Shown piece after piece: positions 27,678 through 35,802 of a stretch of 41,308 bases of DNA. A program made the translations under genes and the position numbers. The first letter of the stretch is position 1; every line of letters begins with the position of its first letter. The notes beneath the pieces were generated by a model. It was given only the letters and a program-made list of their open reading frames with translations. It had not been told where the DNA came from and searched no databases. The stretch is from Candidatus Magasanikiibacteriota bacterium (GTDB taxonomy: Bacteria > Patescibacteriota > Minisyncoccia > UBA6257 > GWB1-50-10): positions 1-41,308 of the forward strand of contig JBDGRM010000022.1 of assembly GCA_042218035.1 (NCBI GenBank), written 5' to 3'.

Positions 27678-28145
27678 TTAAAATATTACCCTATTTAGCA
27701 ATTTATTTACTTTTTCCGTTTTATATTTATTCTCAAACTGTTCTATTTGGTTAACCTCTTCTTTTAAAATAGATCCTTGTAGATGATTAGCCTTAGAAGA
27801 AGTAATTTCATTTAGGGCTGTGGCTATAGTTCTGTTTGTCTCCTGATGATAATTTATTTTTTCTAATTTTAGGCTAAGACTTTTAAGTTCTTTTTGGAGA
27901 TTTTGAGAATTTAAAGAGGAAGATATTTTTGGTTTGGTATCTTGCAAGAAAGAGCCCGAAGTTATTCCTATTACTAAAACAAATGTGGCAACCGCAGTTG
28001 CAATTGACCAAGTAGGGAACCTTGAAAAGGTTTGGTTTTCTTGATTTGTAGCCAAAACCAATCGCCGGGTACCCTCGACAAAATCTTTGTCGGGTTCTAC
28101 TTTGCGTAGCTTTTTTAAGTTTTCTTTTATTTCTTCTTTATTCAT
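27678..28145 (-). CDS. single-TM protein, putative anti-sigma factor
   Basis: Overlaps the ECF sigma stop; short cytoplasmic N-terminus (LKKLRKVEPDKDF), central TM. Confidence 0.6.
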   Translation of the reverse strand: MNKEEIKENLKKLRKVEPDKDFVEGTRRLVLATNQENQTFSRFPTWSIATAVATFVLVIGITSGSFLQDTKPKISSSLNSQNLQKELKSLSLKLEKINYHQETNRTIATALNEITSSKANHLQGSILKEEVNQIEQFENKYKTEKVNKLLNRVIF

Positions 28146-28695
28146 CTTCTTGAGATTCGTCTGAGTTAAGAATCTTTTTTAGTTTTTTGAGCCCTCTATG
28201 TTGGGTTACTCGTACTGACACCTCACTTTTATTTAATATATCTGCTATCTCTTTGTTAGAAAGTTCTTCAATGAATTTCAAAACTATTACATTTTGTTGA
28301 TTTTCCGTTAACTCTTCTAAGGCCTTCATTACCTTTTCAAACTTCAAATCTTTGTCCATTTCTTTCTTGTGCTTGTCCGGAGGAGTACTAACCTCATCTT
28401 CAGGAATTTCATCAATATTCAAATGATCTTTATTGGTACGATAATGATCTATTACGGCATTTTTTGCAATTTGGTACAGCCAACTGTGAAATCCAGCCCC
28501 TTTCTGGCTCTCATAACTGCTTATATTTTTCCAAGCTTTGATAAAAACTTTCTGTGTTATATCTTCTGCTTTATCCTTTCTACGAACCCTGAGGTATATA
28601 AAGCGATAAATCTGCTCTATATTATCCTCATAAAGCTTATCGAAAGCCTCGGAATGACCATTTTTTGCTTTTTTTACTAACTTCTCCTCTTTCAT
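28138..28695 (-). CDS. ECF RNA polymerase sigma factor (start MKEEKL at 28695)
   Basis: AFDKLY...IYRFIY, AEDITQKVFIKAW, FHSWLYQIAKNAVIDHYR, region 4 LSNKEIADIL. Confidence 0.93.
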   Translation of the reverse strand: MKEEKLVKKAKNGHSEAFDKLYEDNIEQIYRFIYLRVRRKDKAEDITQKVFIKAWKNISSYESQKGAGFHSWLYQIAKNAVIDHYRTNKDHLNIDEIPEDEVSTPPDKHKKEMDKDLKFEKVMKALEELTENQQNVIVLKFIEELSNKEIADILNKSEVSVRVTQHRGLKKLKKILNSDESQEDE

Positions 28696-28702
28696 ATGTG
28701 GT

Positions 28703-28728
28703 AACGAACGAGTTACGATTTTGTTTCT
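28703..28728 (-). promoter_or_regulatory. ECF-type promoter (AGAAAC-N16-CGTT), probably autoregulatory and leaderless
   Basis: AAC/CGT consensus of ECF promoters; only 7 nt between the -10 and the sigma ATG. Confidence 0.6.
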
Positions 28729-28743
28729 TTTTTGTGTATTTAT

Positions 28744-28770
28744 TGTAACGAAATCACTATCTAAAGCGTA
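28744..28770 (+). promoter_or_regulatory. ECF-type promoter (TGTAAC-N17-CGTA) facing the membrane protein gene
   Basis: Matches SigW/SigM/SigX-like TGwAAC...CGT architecture. Confidence 0.55.
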
Positions 28771-28875
28771 ACACACCCATGTAACACACTCTAAAATAAA
28801 CTTTTAAAGTCTAAAACCCCTTTTAAAACCCCTTCAAAGGTTGCAAAAAATAAAAAAATATTTCATAATTAAATC

Positions 28876-29709
28876 ATGTCAGATGGAAAAGGAAAAAATG
28901 AAAACAACCAATTAATGCCCTCCCGACAGCTTGTTTCTTTTTTAATCGGTTTCGTCGTCACAATATCAGTTATGAATGGGTTAGAAATAGGAGCAAGCTT
29001 CCTTTCTTTGGAGCTGTTACGGGGCATTTTTAATTTTTGGACAAACAATTCCCTTATTTTCTTTTTTGTTGTGTTTTTTCTTGCTATTTCTCTTGGGTCA
29101 GCTAGCGCTGGATATGTAGCCCGAGAAGAGTCCGGCAAGTACGGAATAATTGCTGTTTTACCTGTGGTTCTTGGATATCACTTTCTTGTGGTTTTGAACA
29201 CACTCACTCCAGTTCTTAGCTTTGTAGCGCTTTTTATTGAATTTATTTTGGTTTTAACAGTTGGATGGCATTCCTCAAAGTTTGGAGCAAGATATGGAAA
29301 AAAGTTCAAAGAAATAGAAGATGATGAAGTTTGTACTTTTCTTAATATCTCCTGGCGTAGATGGGTTTGGTTTTGGGTGCCCTTACAATTTACCATAGCT
29401 CAACTCTTAATTTTTGGTTACGCTGTGCTTTTGGATTTGTATGCAGGGTGGCAGTTCATGCTCAATCCTGTCCTTATACAAGAGCAGGGTTGGGTTTTTT
29501 ATCTTATGTTCTTTTCATATTTCACCCTCATTCCTTTGGGGGCCGCTATTTATTTTTTATATTTAGGTTTTCGAGCCTTACAACTGAATAGAAAAGAGGA
29601 GTGGCCGAAAGAGCTATTCAAATTTATAGTTTACTTTTTATTGCTTCCTACCATAGTTAATTTGGTCAATTTAGTTCTTATAAATTACCTTGAGGAACTC
29701 CTCGCGTAA
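28876..29709 (+). CDS. polytopic membrane protein of unknown function
   Basis: About 7 hydrophobic helices, 277 aa. Confidence 0.8.
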   Translation: MSDGKGKNENNQLMPSRQLVSFLIGFVVTISVMNGLEIGASFLSLELLRGIFNFWTNNSLIFFFVVFFLAISLGSASAGYVAREESGKYGIIAVLPVVLGYHFLVVLNTLTPVLSFVALFIEFILVLTVGWHSSKFGARYGKKFKEIEDDEVCTFLNISWRRWVWFWVPLQFTIAQLLIFGYAVLLDLYAGWQFMLNPVLIQEQGWVFYLMFFSYFTLIPLGAAIYFLYLGFRALQLNRKEEWPKELFKFIVYFLLLPTIVNLVNLVLINYLEELLA

Positions 29710-29849
29710 TAATCTCCTTACTTTTGAGAAGTGACGAAGAAATTGACCTGTTATTGGTTTTCCCTTTAGGCTGATTCAGCCTTATCTTCTATAAAAAATA
29801 TCCTTTCTTGCTTTTTAATTCTGGGATTGCTGAATCACTGATTGGGTTG

Positions 29850-29924
29850 TGGTGTGGGATGCGGGATTTGAACCCGCGACTCGAGCTTGGAAGGCTCGTG
29901 TTTTGCCAGCTAAACTAATCCCAC
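29850..29924 (-). tRNA. trnG: tRNA-Gly(TCC), CCA encoded
   Basis: Reverse complement: GTGGGAT/ATCCCAC acceptor, CGAGC-CT-TCC-AA-GCTCG, GCGGG-TTCAAAT-CCCGC, ACCA. Confidence 0.95.
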
Positions 29925-30002
29925 TTACTTACTTGTTAATATATTGCAAAGCAAGCCGTTCTTCAAATAAACGTGTAAATTTTTTATACTTCTAAAAGAT
30001 TC

Positions 30003-30620
30003 ATGCAAGAATATACTAAAAGAATAATAAAGAAATTGTCAGTAATTGGCCTAATTGGATTAGTTACGGTTTTGGCTATACTTGGTTTTGAGTTTATTAA
30101 AAGGTCTACTGGAAACAATGTATCGCAAGATTTTACTAAAGTTTATAAAAAATCTTCCAAGCAAAACAAAAAATTAGTCAAGCTTACAAAAGAAGTTAAT
30201 GACAATATAAGGAAAATAAACACCCTTGACTTGAGAGGTCGAGATAAGGACTCATTAGACCTGCTAAAAGAAACGCGCCGAAAAAATAAAAAAATAAAAA
30301 AGGTAGCCGACAACCTTTCAAGCTCTTTAGATAAATTAAAAAGATTGTTAAAAAAAGCACCTGATTCCCCAAAAAAGAAGACTGTTTCTGAGGCCCTCCA
30401 ATTAGAGATAAAGCTTACCAAAGAAATGAAAGATTACAGCCAAAAAATTAAAACCTTCCTCGATTCTCTTGATAAAGCTATTGCCCAAAACTCTTCCTCT
30501 AAAAAAGTCTCCCTTCAAGAAAAATTGAAACAGGTAAATAAGAAACGAAAGCAAATAAACGATCTCAATAGCAAATTTCTTGCAAAAATAGAGAAGTTAA
30601 ATTCTACGGGCAAAAATTAA
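30003..30620 (+). CDS. membrane-anchored coiled-coil hypothetical protein
   Basis: N-terminal TM followed by K-rich heptads. Confidence 0.75.
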   Translation: MQEYTKRIIKKLSVIGLIGLVTVLAILGFEFIKRSTGNNVSQDFTKVYKKSSKQNKKLVKLTKEVNDNIRKINTLDLRGRDKDSLDLLKETRRKNKKIKKVADNLSSSLDKLKRLLKKAPDSPKKKTVSEALQLEIKLTKEMKDYSQKIKTFLDSLDKAIAQNSSSKKVSLQEKLKQVNKKRKQINDLNSKFLAKIEKLNSTGKN

Positions 30621-30640
30621 CGAGCGACTAATTTTTAAAA

Positions 30641-31240
30641 ATGGATAAATATATAATAGGGGTAGATGAAGCGGGCAGAGGAGCAATAGGTGGTCCTGTG
30701 ACCGCCGGCGCTGTTTTGGTACCCTCCTCTCTTTCATTAAAAAACCTTCCTCGTTCCGGGCTTCGAGACTCAAAGAAGTATACTTTTTCACAAAGGGAAG
30801 AATGGCTGAATTATATTAAGGGAAATTCCTCTATTAATTTTGAGTTTTCCAGTGTTTGGCCAACAGTAATTGATAGAATAAATGTATTTGAGTCTGCCAG
30901 TAGAGCTGCGACCAGAGCTGTTAATAGAGTCATAGACCGGAATAAGATTGACCAAAAAAGAGTAGAAATTGTACTTGACGGGTCTTTAAAATTAAATTCT
31001 CAAGATTTAGATTATGAAGTGATTACTAGAGGGGACCAGAAAAGGAAATCAATTAAGTTAGCTTCTATAGTTGCTAAAGTTAAAAGAGACCAATCCATGA
31101 TAAGAGTTTCTAGAAAGTATCCAGATTATAAATTTGCAAAACACAAAGGTTATTGCACAGAAGAACATGAAAAATTATTAAAGAAAAACGGTCCCTGTAA
31201 ATATCACAGAAGGACTTTTATTCAAAAAATTAAAACTTGA
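30641..31240 (+). CDS. rnhB: ribonuclease HII
   Basis: GVDEAGRG, LRDSKK, VLDG, ASIVAKVKRD, HKGY, HRRTF. Confidence 0.95.
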   Translation: MDKYIIGVDEAGRGAIGGPVTAGAVLVPSSLSLKNLPRSGLRDSKKYTFSQREEWLNYIKGNSSINFEFSSVWPTVIDRINVFESASRAATRAVNRVIDRNKIDQKRVEIVLDGSLKLNSQDLDYEVITRGDQKRKSIKLASIVAKVKRDQSMIRVSRKYPDYKFAKHKGYCTEEHEKLLKKNGPCKYHRRTFIQKIKT

Positions 31241-31265
31241 CACGGCCTTTTTGAAAGGTCACAAT
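31237..31265 (+). promoter_or_regulatory. sigma70 promoter for rpmF-nusB-rnc-smc
   Basis: TTGACA-N17-CACAAT. Confidence 0.6.
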
Positions 31266-31301
31266 TATTTTCAGTGACTTAAATTTAAAATCATTTTTAT
31301 T

Positions 31302-31484
31302 ATGGCTGTTCCAAAACAACATGACTCAAAAGGAAAAGTAGGTAAAAGACAATCCCAAAAAAATGTAGAGAAGAAAAATATTTCTCCTTGCCCGAATTGC
31401 AGAGCACCTCGGTTATCACACAGAATTTGTGACAATTGTGGCTTTTATAAAAGCCAAGAAAAGGGTTCCAGTGAAAGTGAATAA
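31302..31484 (+). CDS. rpmF: 50S ribosomal protein L32 (zinc-binding form)
   Basis: MAVPK, CPNC...HRICDNCGFY. Confidence 0.93.
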   Translation: MAVPKQHDSKGKVGKRQSQKNVEKKNISPCPNCRAPRLSHRICDNCGFYKSQEKGSSESE

Positions 31485-31505
31485 TAATTTTGCCTTTAAA
31501 TAAAA

Positions 31506-31982
31506 ATGGCTACCCGTTCCCTCCTCAGACAAGTTGTTTTTCAGTCTCTTTTTGAGTGGGACTTTTATAACAGAGAAGTAAATCTGGAAGATATAATGGA
31601 GAGAAATATGGAGAAATTTGCTTCTCCAGGTCCTGAAGGAGATCTGATTGATGAACCGGAATTTGCCTGGAAGATAGCGGAAGGAGTAAAGGATAAAATA
31701 GAAAAAATTGATGAAATTATAGAAGAAGCAGCTCCCGAATGGCCTTTGGATAAAATTGATATAGTGGATAGAAATGCACTCCGACTCGGATTATATGAAC
31801 TTTTATACGCAGATAAAGAAGAGGTTCCTCCAAAGGTTGCTATCAATGAAGCCATTGAGCTAGCAAAAAATTTTGGAGGAATCAACTCTCACAAATTTGT
31901 TAATGGAGTCTTGGGAACAGTTTATCGAGAAATGAGAGATGAAGAGGGCGAAGAGGGTGAAAGCCAGAAAAGTGAAGACTAA
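31506..31982 (+). CDS. nusB: transcription antitermination factor NusB
   Basis: [41 protein letters not shown]. Confidence 0.95.
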   Translation: MATRSLLRQVVFQSLFEWDFYNREVNLEDIMERNMEKFASPGPEGDLIDEPEFAWKIAEGVKDKIEKIDEIIEEAAPEWPLDKIDIVDRNALRLGLYELLYADKEEVPPKVAINEAIELAKNFGGINSHKFVNGVLGTVYREMRDEEGEEGESQKSED

Positions 31983-31988
31983 AAAGAA

Positions 31989-32669
31989 ATGGAAGAAATA
32001 GAGAAAAAAATAAATAACTCATTTGAAGACCCTTTACTTTTAAAAGAAGCCCTTACTCATAGATCGTATTTAAATGAACACGCCGACTGGCCAACGGATC
32101 ATAATGAAAGATTAGAGTTTCTGGGTGATGCAGTGCTTGAGCTTGTAGTCACGGACCGCCTCTTTGATAAGTATCCTAATTTTGAAGAGGGGAAATTAAC
32201 CAATATACGAGCAGCTTTAGTGGATCATGATATGCTTTCCAAGGTTGCTTCTGAACTTGAATTAGAAAGGTTTATTTTTCTTTCAAAAGGCGAAAGAGAA
32301 GGAAGAAAAAAAGCTAGAGAGGCTATTTTAGCAAACACAGTAGAGGCCTTAATAGGGGCTGTATACAAAGACAAGGGTTATGACAGAGCAAAAGATTTTA
32401 TTCAACAATTTATCCTTTCTAACCTTGAAAAAATTGTAAACCAAGAGTTATACAAAGATCCAAAAAGTGTATTGCAGGAAGTAGTTCAAGAAAAAAAGAA
32501 GGTAACGCCACATTATAAGGTTTTAGAGCAAGAAGGTCCGGAACATAAAAAAACATTTACAGTCGGAGTATATTTCCAGGAGGACTTTATAGCCGAAGGC
32601 AGGGGTGCCTCAAAGCAAGAGGCGGAAAGTGATGCTGCAAAAAAGGCACTGAAAAAAATTAGAAGTTAA
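31989..32669 (+). CDS. rnc: ribonuclease III
   Basis: ALTHRS, NERLEFLGDAVLEL, EALIGA, dsRBD (DPKS.LQE, GPEH, SKQEAE). Confidence 0.96.
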   Translation: MEEIEKKINNSFEDPLLLKEALTHRSYLNEHADWPTDHNERLEFLGDAVLELVVTDRLFDKYPNFEEGKLTNIRAALVDHDMLSKVASELELERFIFLSKGEREGRKKAREAILANTVEALIGAVYKDKGYDRAKDFIQQFILSNLEKIVNQELYKDPKSVLQEVVQEKKKVTPHYKVLEQEGPEHKKTFTVGVYFQEDFIAEGRGASKQEAESDAAKKALKKIRS

Positions 32670-32677
32670 TAAAAGAA

Positions 32678-34894
32678 ATGCCTCAGAATAATAATTTTCT
32701 AAAAAAAATAGAGCTACAAGGCTTTAAATCCTTCGCTGACAAAACCGTACTTGATTTTAGCGAAGATTTAGTTGGTGTTGTAGGTCCGAATGGATCTGGT
32801 AAATCCAATATAATAGACGCAGTTCGCTGGGCTCTTGGGGAAACCGGAGCAAGCTACTTGCGGGGGGATGTTTTAAAAAATCTTATTTTTGCCGGCACCC
32901 CTAAAAAATCAGCAGCCGGACTTGCTAAAGTTACTCTTCATTTTGATAATAGTTCAGGAATTTTATCCCTAGATACTGATGAAGTGTCGGTTACAAGAAA
33001 AATAGACCGCTCTGGCACCTCTGACTTTTTTCTTAACGGGGAAGAAGTTCGACTGAAAGACCTTAAGCCTATATTTGCCAGAGCAAAACTTGGTTCTCGA
33101 GGGCTTACGATAATAGGGCAAGGACAGTCCGATGTTTTTGTAAAGATTAAACCCGAAGAAAGACGGAGGATGATTGAAGAAATTTTAGGACTCAAGGAGT
33201 TCAGAATAAAAAAGAAAAAGGCAAAAAGGAGACTCGACAAGACTGAGGACAACTTAGAAAAAATAAGAGCTAAAATCTCAGAACTTAAACCACACCTTAA
33301 GTTCCTTAAAAAACAAAAAGAAAAGTGGGACAAAAAACAAGAGGTGCAATCGGAACTTGAAGAGCTTTCTGATGATTATTTCTCCTTTAAATTTCAAAAA
33401 CTCACAACAAAGCTTTCAAAAACAAACAATAAACTTTCTGAACTGAGGAAAAGAAAAAAAGAAAAGAAGAAAAAAATTTCAAGACTCGAAAATAAGCTTG
33501 AGGAAATAAAAGAGCCTTCACCCCAAAAAAAAGAACTTAAAAAGATAAGAGAAAAAACAAAAAAAGTTAAAAAGAAGCGAGACAAACTCGAGAGAAAGCT
33601 TGCCAAGGTGGAAGCTAAGGAAAAGTACATTGCTCAGGAATCTGAAAAGTCCAGCCAGAATTATCCTCAACCCTCTGTTATGGCCGAAAAAATAGAAACC
33701 TTTCTTGACGATATTAAACCACTTTATAAAGAAGAGAAGTTTAATGAGGTTCTGAACAAACTTCGAAATTGGTTAAAAGAATTTGAGAAAATTATTACTC
33801 AAGAAGAGGAAGAAAACGAAAAGCAAAAAGAGAAAAAGGAAGAAAAACACAAAAATCTTCAGGATAGAATAAAGAATATTAAAGCGGAGATTAAAGAGCT
33901 TAATGAGAAGATAGAAAAGCTCCGAAAAAAAGAAGATTCTTTGTTGGAGAACCAGGAAGAGCAGAATATAGAATTTAGAGAGAGGATGGAAGAAATTGAG
34001 AAAAGAAAAACCTCACTTAGAGAAACAGAAGAAAAAATTCAAAGTGAATCGGTAAACAAAGAAAAGGCTCAGTTTAAATTAAAAGAAATAAAAAACAAAT
34101 GGACCTCTCTCGGTTTTTCCATTGAAAAATTAAAAGAAATTTCTGAAGAAAAAGACCTTAAACAAGAAGACAAAAATTGGGATAAAATAGAAAAAAGAAT
34201 AAATAAACTCAGCTCAAAATTATCAGCTATAGGAGAAGTGGACACCTCTATGCTGGATGAATTTGAAGAAACTAAAGAGCGTTATGAATCCTTAAAAGAG
34301 GAAAAGGAAGACTTAGAAAAAGCGCATAAAGACTTAAAGAACTTGATTTCTGACTTGGATAATAAAATTCATGATGAGTTTAAAGATGCATTCTCTCATA
34401 TAAACAAAGAATTTAATGATTATTTCCGGTTGATGTTTGGGGGCGGCAAGGCCAGCTTAAAATTGGAGAAACCCGACAAAGAAAACGAAGGTGAAGAAAT
34501 AGACAAATATAAAGAGGCAGAGGCCGGAGTAGAAATTGATCTCAATGTACCTAGAAAGAAAGTAACAGGCTTAGATATGCTCTCCGGAGGAGAAAAAACT
34601 CTCGTTTCAATAGCGGCACTTTTTGCTTTAATTTCAGTATCTCCACCTCCCTTTCTTATTCTTGATGAGATAGATGCTGCACTGGATGATATAAATTCAA
34701 AACGATTTTCTGATTTAATTAATGAGTTTTCGAGCACAACCCAATTTATAATAGTTACCCACAATAGGATAACCATGGAATCTTTAGATGCATTGTATGG
34801 AATAACCATGGGCGATGATGGAGTATCAAAAGTAGTATCACTGAAATTAGAAGAAGCTCAAGAATATACCGAAAAAGAATCCAGAACAGCGTGA
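32678..34894 (+). CDS. smc: short SMC-family ATPase (738 aa, no recognisable hinge)
   Basis: GFKSFA, GPNGSGKSN, IGQG, LSGGE, LDEIDAALD, VTHN, YGITM; rnc-smc synteny. Confidence 0.88.
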   Translation: MPQNNNFLKKIELQGFKSFADKTVLDFSEDLVGVVGPNGSGKSNIIDAVRWALGETGASYLRGDVLKNLIFAGTPKKSAAGLAKVTLHFDNSSGILSLDTDEVSVTRKIDRSGTSDFFLNGEEVRLKDLKPIFARAKLGSRGLTIIGQGQSDVFVKIKPEERRRMIEEILGLKEFRIKKKKAKRRLDKTEDNLEKIRAKISELKPHLKFLKKQKEKWDKKQEVQSELEELSDDYFSFKFQKLTTKLSKTNNKLSELRKRKKEKKKKISRLENKLEEIKEPSPQKKELKKIREKTKKVKKKRDKLERKLAKVEAKEKYIAQESEKSSQNYPQPSVMAEKIETFLDDIKPLYKEEKFNEVLNKLRNWLKEFEKIITQEEEENEKQKEKKEEKHKNLQDRIKNIKAEIKELNEKIEKLRKKEDSLLENQEEQNIEFRERMEEIEKRKTSLRETEEKIQSESVNKEKAQFKLKEIKNKWTSLGFSIEKLKEISEEKDLKQEDKNWDKIEKRINKLSSKLSAIGEVDTSMLDEFEETKERYESLKEEKEDLEKAHKDLKNLISDLDNKIHDEFKDAFSHINKEFNDYFRLMFGGGKASLKLEKPDKENEGEEIDKYKEAEAGVEIDLNVPRKKVTGLDMLSGGEKTLVSIAALFALISVSPPPFLILDEIDAALDDINSKRFSDLINEFSSTTQFIIVTHNRITMESLDALYGITMGDDGVSKVVSLKLEEAQEYTEKESRTA

Positions 34895-34954
34895 GAGAGT
34901 TGGCTATTCTCTACAAAAACTTCTCGACAAAACCACAGGTGATTTCTCCAAGGC

Positions 34955-34974
34955 TTCGACTGAGCTTAGCCGAA
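34955..34974. repeat. imperfect palindrome TTCGACTGAGCTTAGCCGAA (REP-like)
   Basis: Nearly self-complementary; its reverse complement resembles 9509-9523; flanked by GTGATTT/AAATCAC. Confidence 0.45.
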
Positions 34975-35158
34975 TGTCCGAAAAAATCACTACCCCTCTT
35001 TCACACTTCTCCCTCACCGAAAAGGCGAGACCAAATCGTAGGGTTCCGAAATTCTGTCACCGGTCTCCAGCACCTAAATTACCTTGATTATTTTTATTGA
35101 TTGTTGTAACCTTTATTTTTAGTTGACAGCTATAACTAACTTTAATGACTTAAAAATT

Positions 35159-35611
35159 ATGGTTGCAATTAGATTAAGACCAAAAGGCAAAAAGAAACAA
35201 AAAACATTCCGCTTAGTAGTGGATAAAAAACAATCGAAACATGATGGTGATTTTATTGAAGACCTCGGATGGATAAACCGACGTGAAGATGAGTTTGATG
35301 TTGACAAGGAAAGAGCTGACTACTGGCTATCGGAGGGAGCCCAACCAACGGACGCGGCTCACAATCTCCTGGTTAGAGCCGGGGTCATTGAAGACAGCAA
35401 AAAGTCTGTTCATTCTACGAAGGAAGAGGAATTTGAAGGCGAAGAAGAAAAGCAAGAAGAAGCAGTAGAAGAAGAGTCAGAAGGTGAAGACTCCACTGAA
35501 AAAGAAAAAGAAAAAGAGAAGGACAAAGTTTCCGAGAATGACCAAGAAGAAGATACCGACGAAGATGAAGAGGGTGAAGAAGAAGAGAAAGACAAAGAAA
35601 AAACCGAGTGA
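35159..35611 (+). CDS. rpsP: 30S ribosomal protein S16 with long acidic tail (start MVAIRL at 35159)
   Basis: IRLRP.GKKKQ..FRLVV.K...HDG.FIE.LG, YWLSEGAQPTD. Confidence 0.92.
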   Translation: MVAIRLRPKGKKKQKTFRLVVDKKQSKHDGDFIEDLGWINRREDEFDVDKERADYWLSEGAQPTDAAHNLLVRAGVIEDSKKSVHSTKEEEFEGEEEKQEEAVEEESEGEDSTEKEKEKEKDKVSENDQEEDTDEDEEGEEEEKDKEKTE

Positions 35612-35649
35612 TAGGTGAATAATAACCTCGGCCCCCAACAGGAAAACTC

Positions 35650-35672
35650 AACCTCCCGAAAAGGGAGGTTTT
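35650..35672 (+). terminator. intrinsic terminator
   Basis: AACCTCCC-GAAAA-GGGAGGTT-TT after rpsP. Confidence 0.75.
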
Positions 35673-35708
35673 AAATTTGCTTTTAAGTAGGTCTTTTTAT
35701 CAGAAAAT

Positions 35709-35737
35709 TTGCAAACCTCCTGTTTTTAAAGTAAGCT
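35709..35737 (+). promoter_or_regulatory. sigma70 promoter for uvrB
   Basis: TTGCAA-N17-TAAGCT. Confidence 0.5.
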
Positions 35738-35802
35738 ATTAATTTAAGTAAATAGTTACCTTACACCCCCTTGCTTTTAATAAGGGGCGCATTTCATTTT
35801 TT

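Noticed and set aside
28696-28776. N-terminal extension of the ECF sigma
   Set aside because: GTG start and the region contains the ECF promoter motifs; sigma similarity begins at MKEEKL
34891-35100. 69-aa ORF after smc (and the 65-aa ORF at 37833-38030)
   Set aside because: Both span palindromic repeat elements and have atypical composition
35766-35787. CCCCTT...AAGGGG inverted repeat upstream of uvrB as an SOS box
   Set aside because: Matches no LexA box I know and is not repeated before uvrA; at most a leader hairpin
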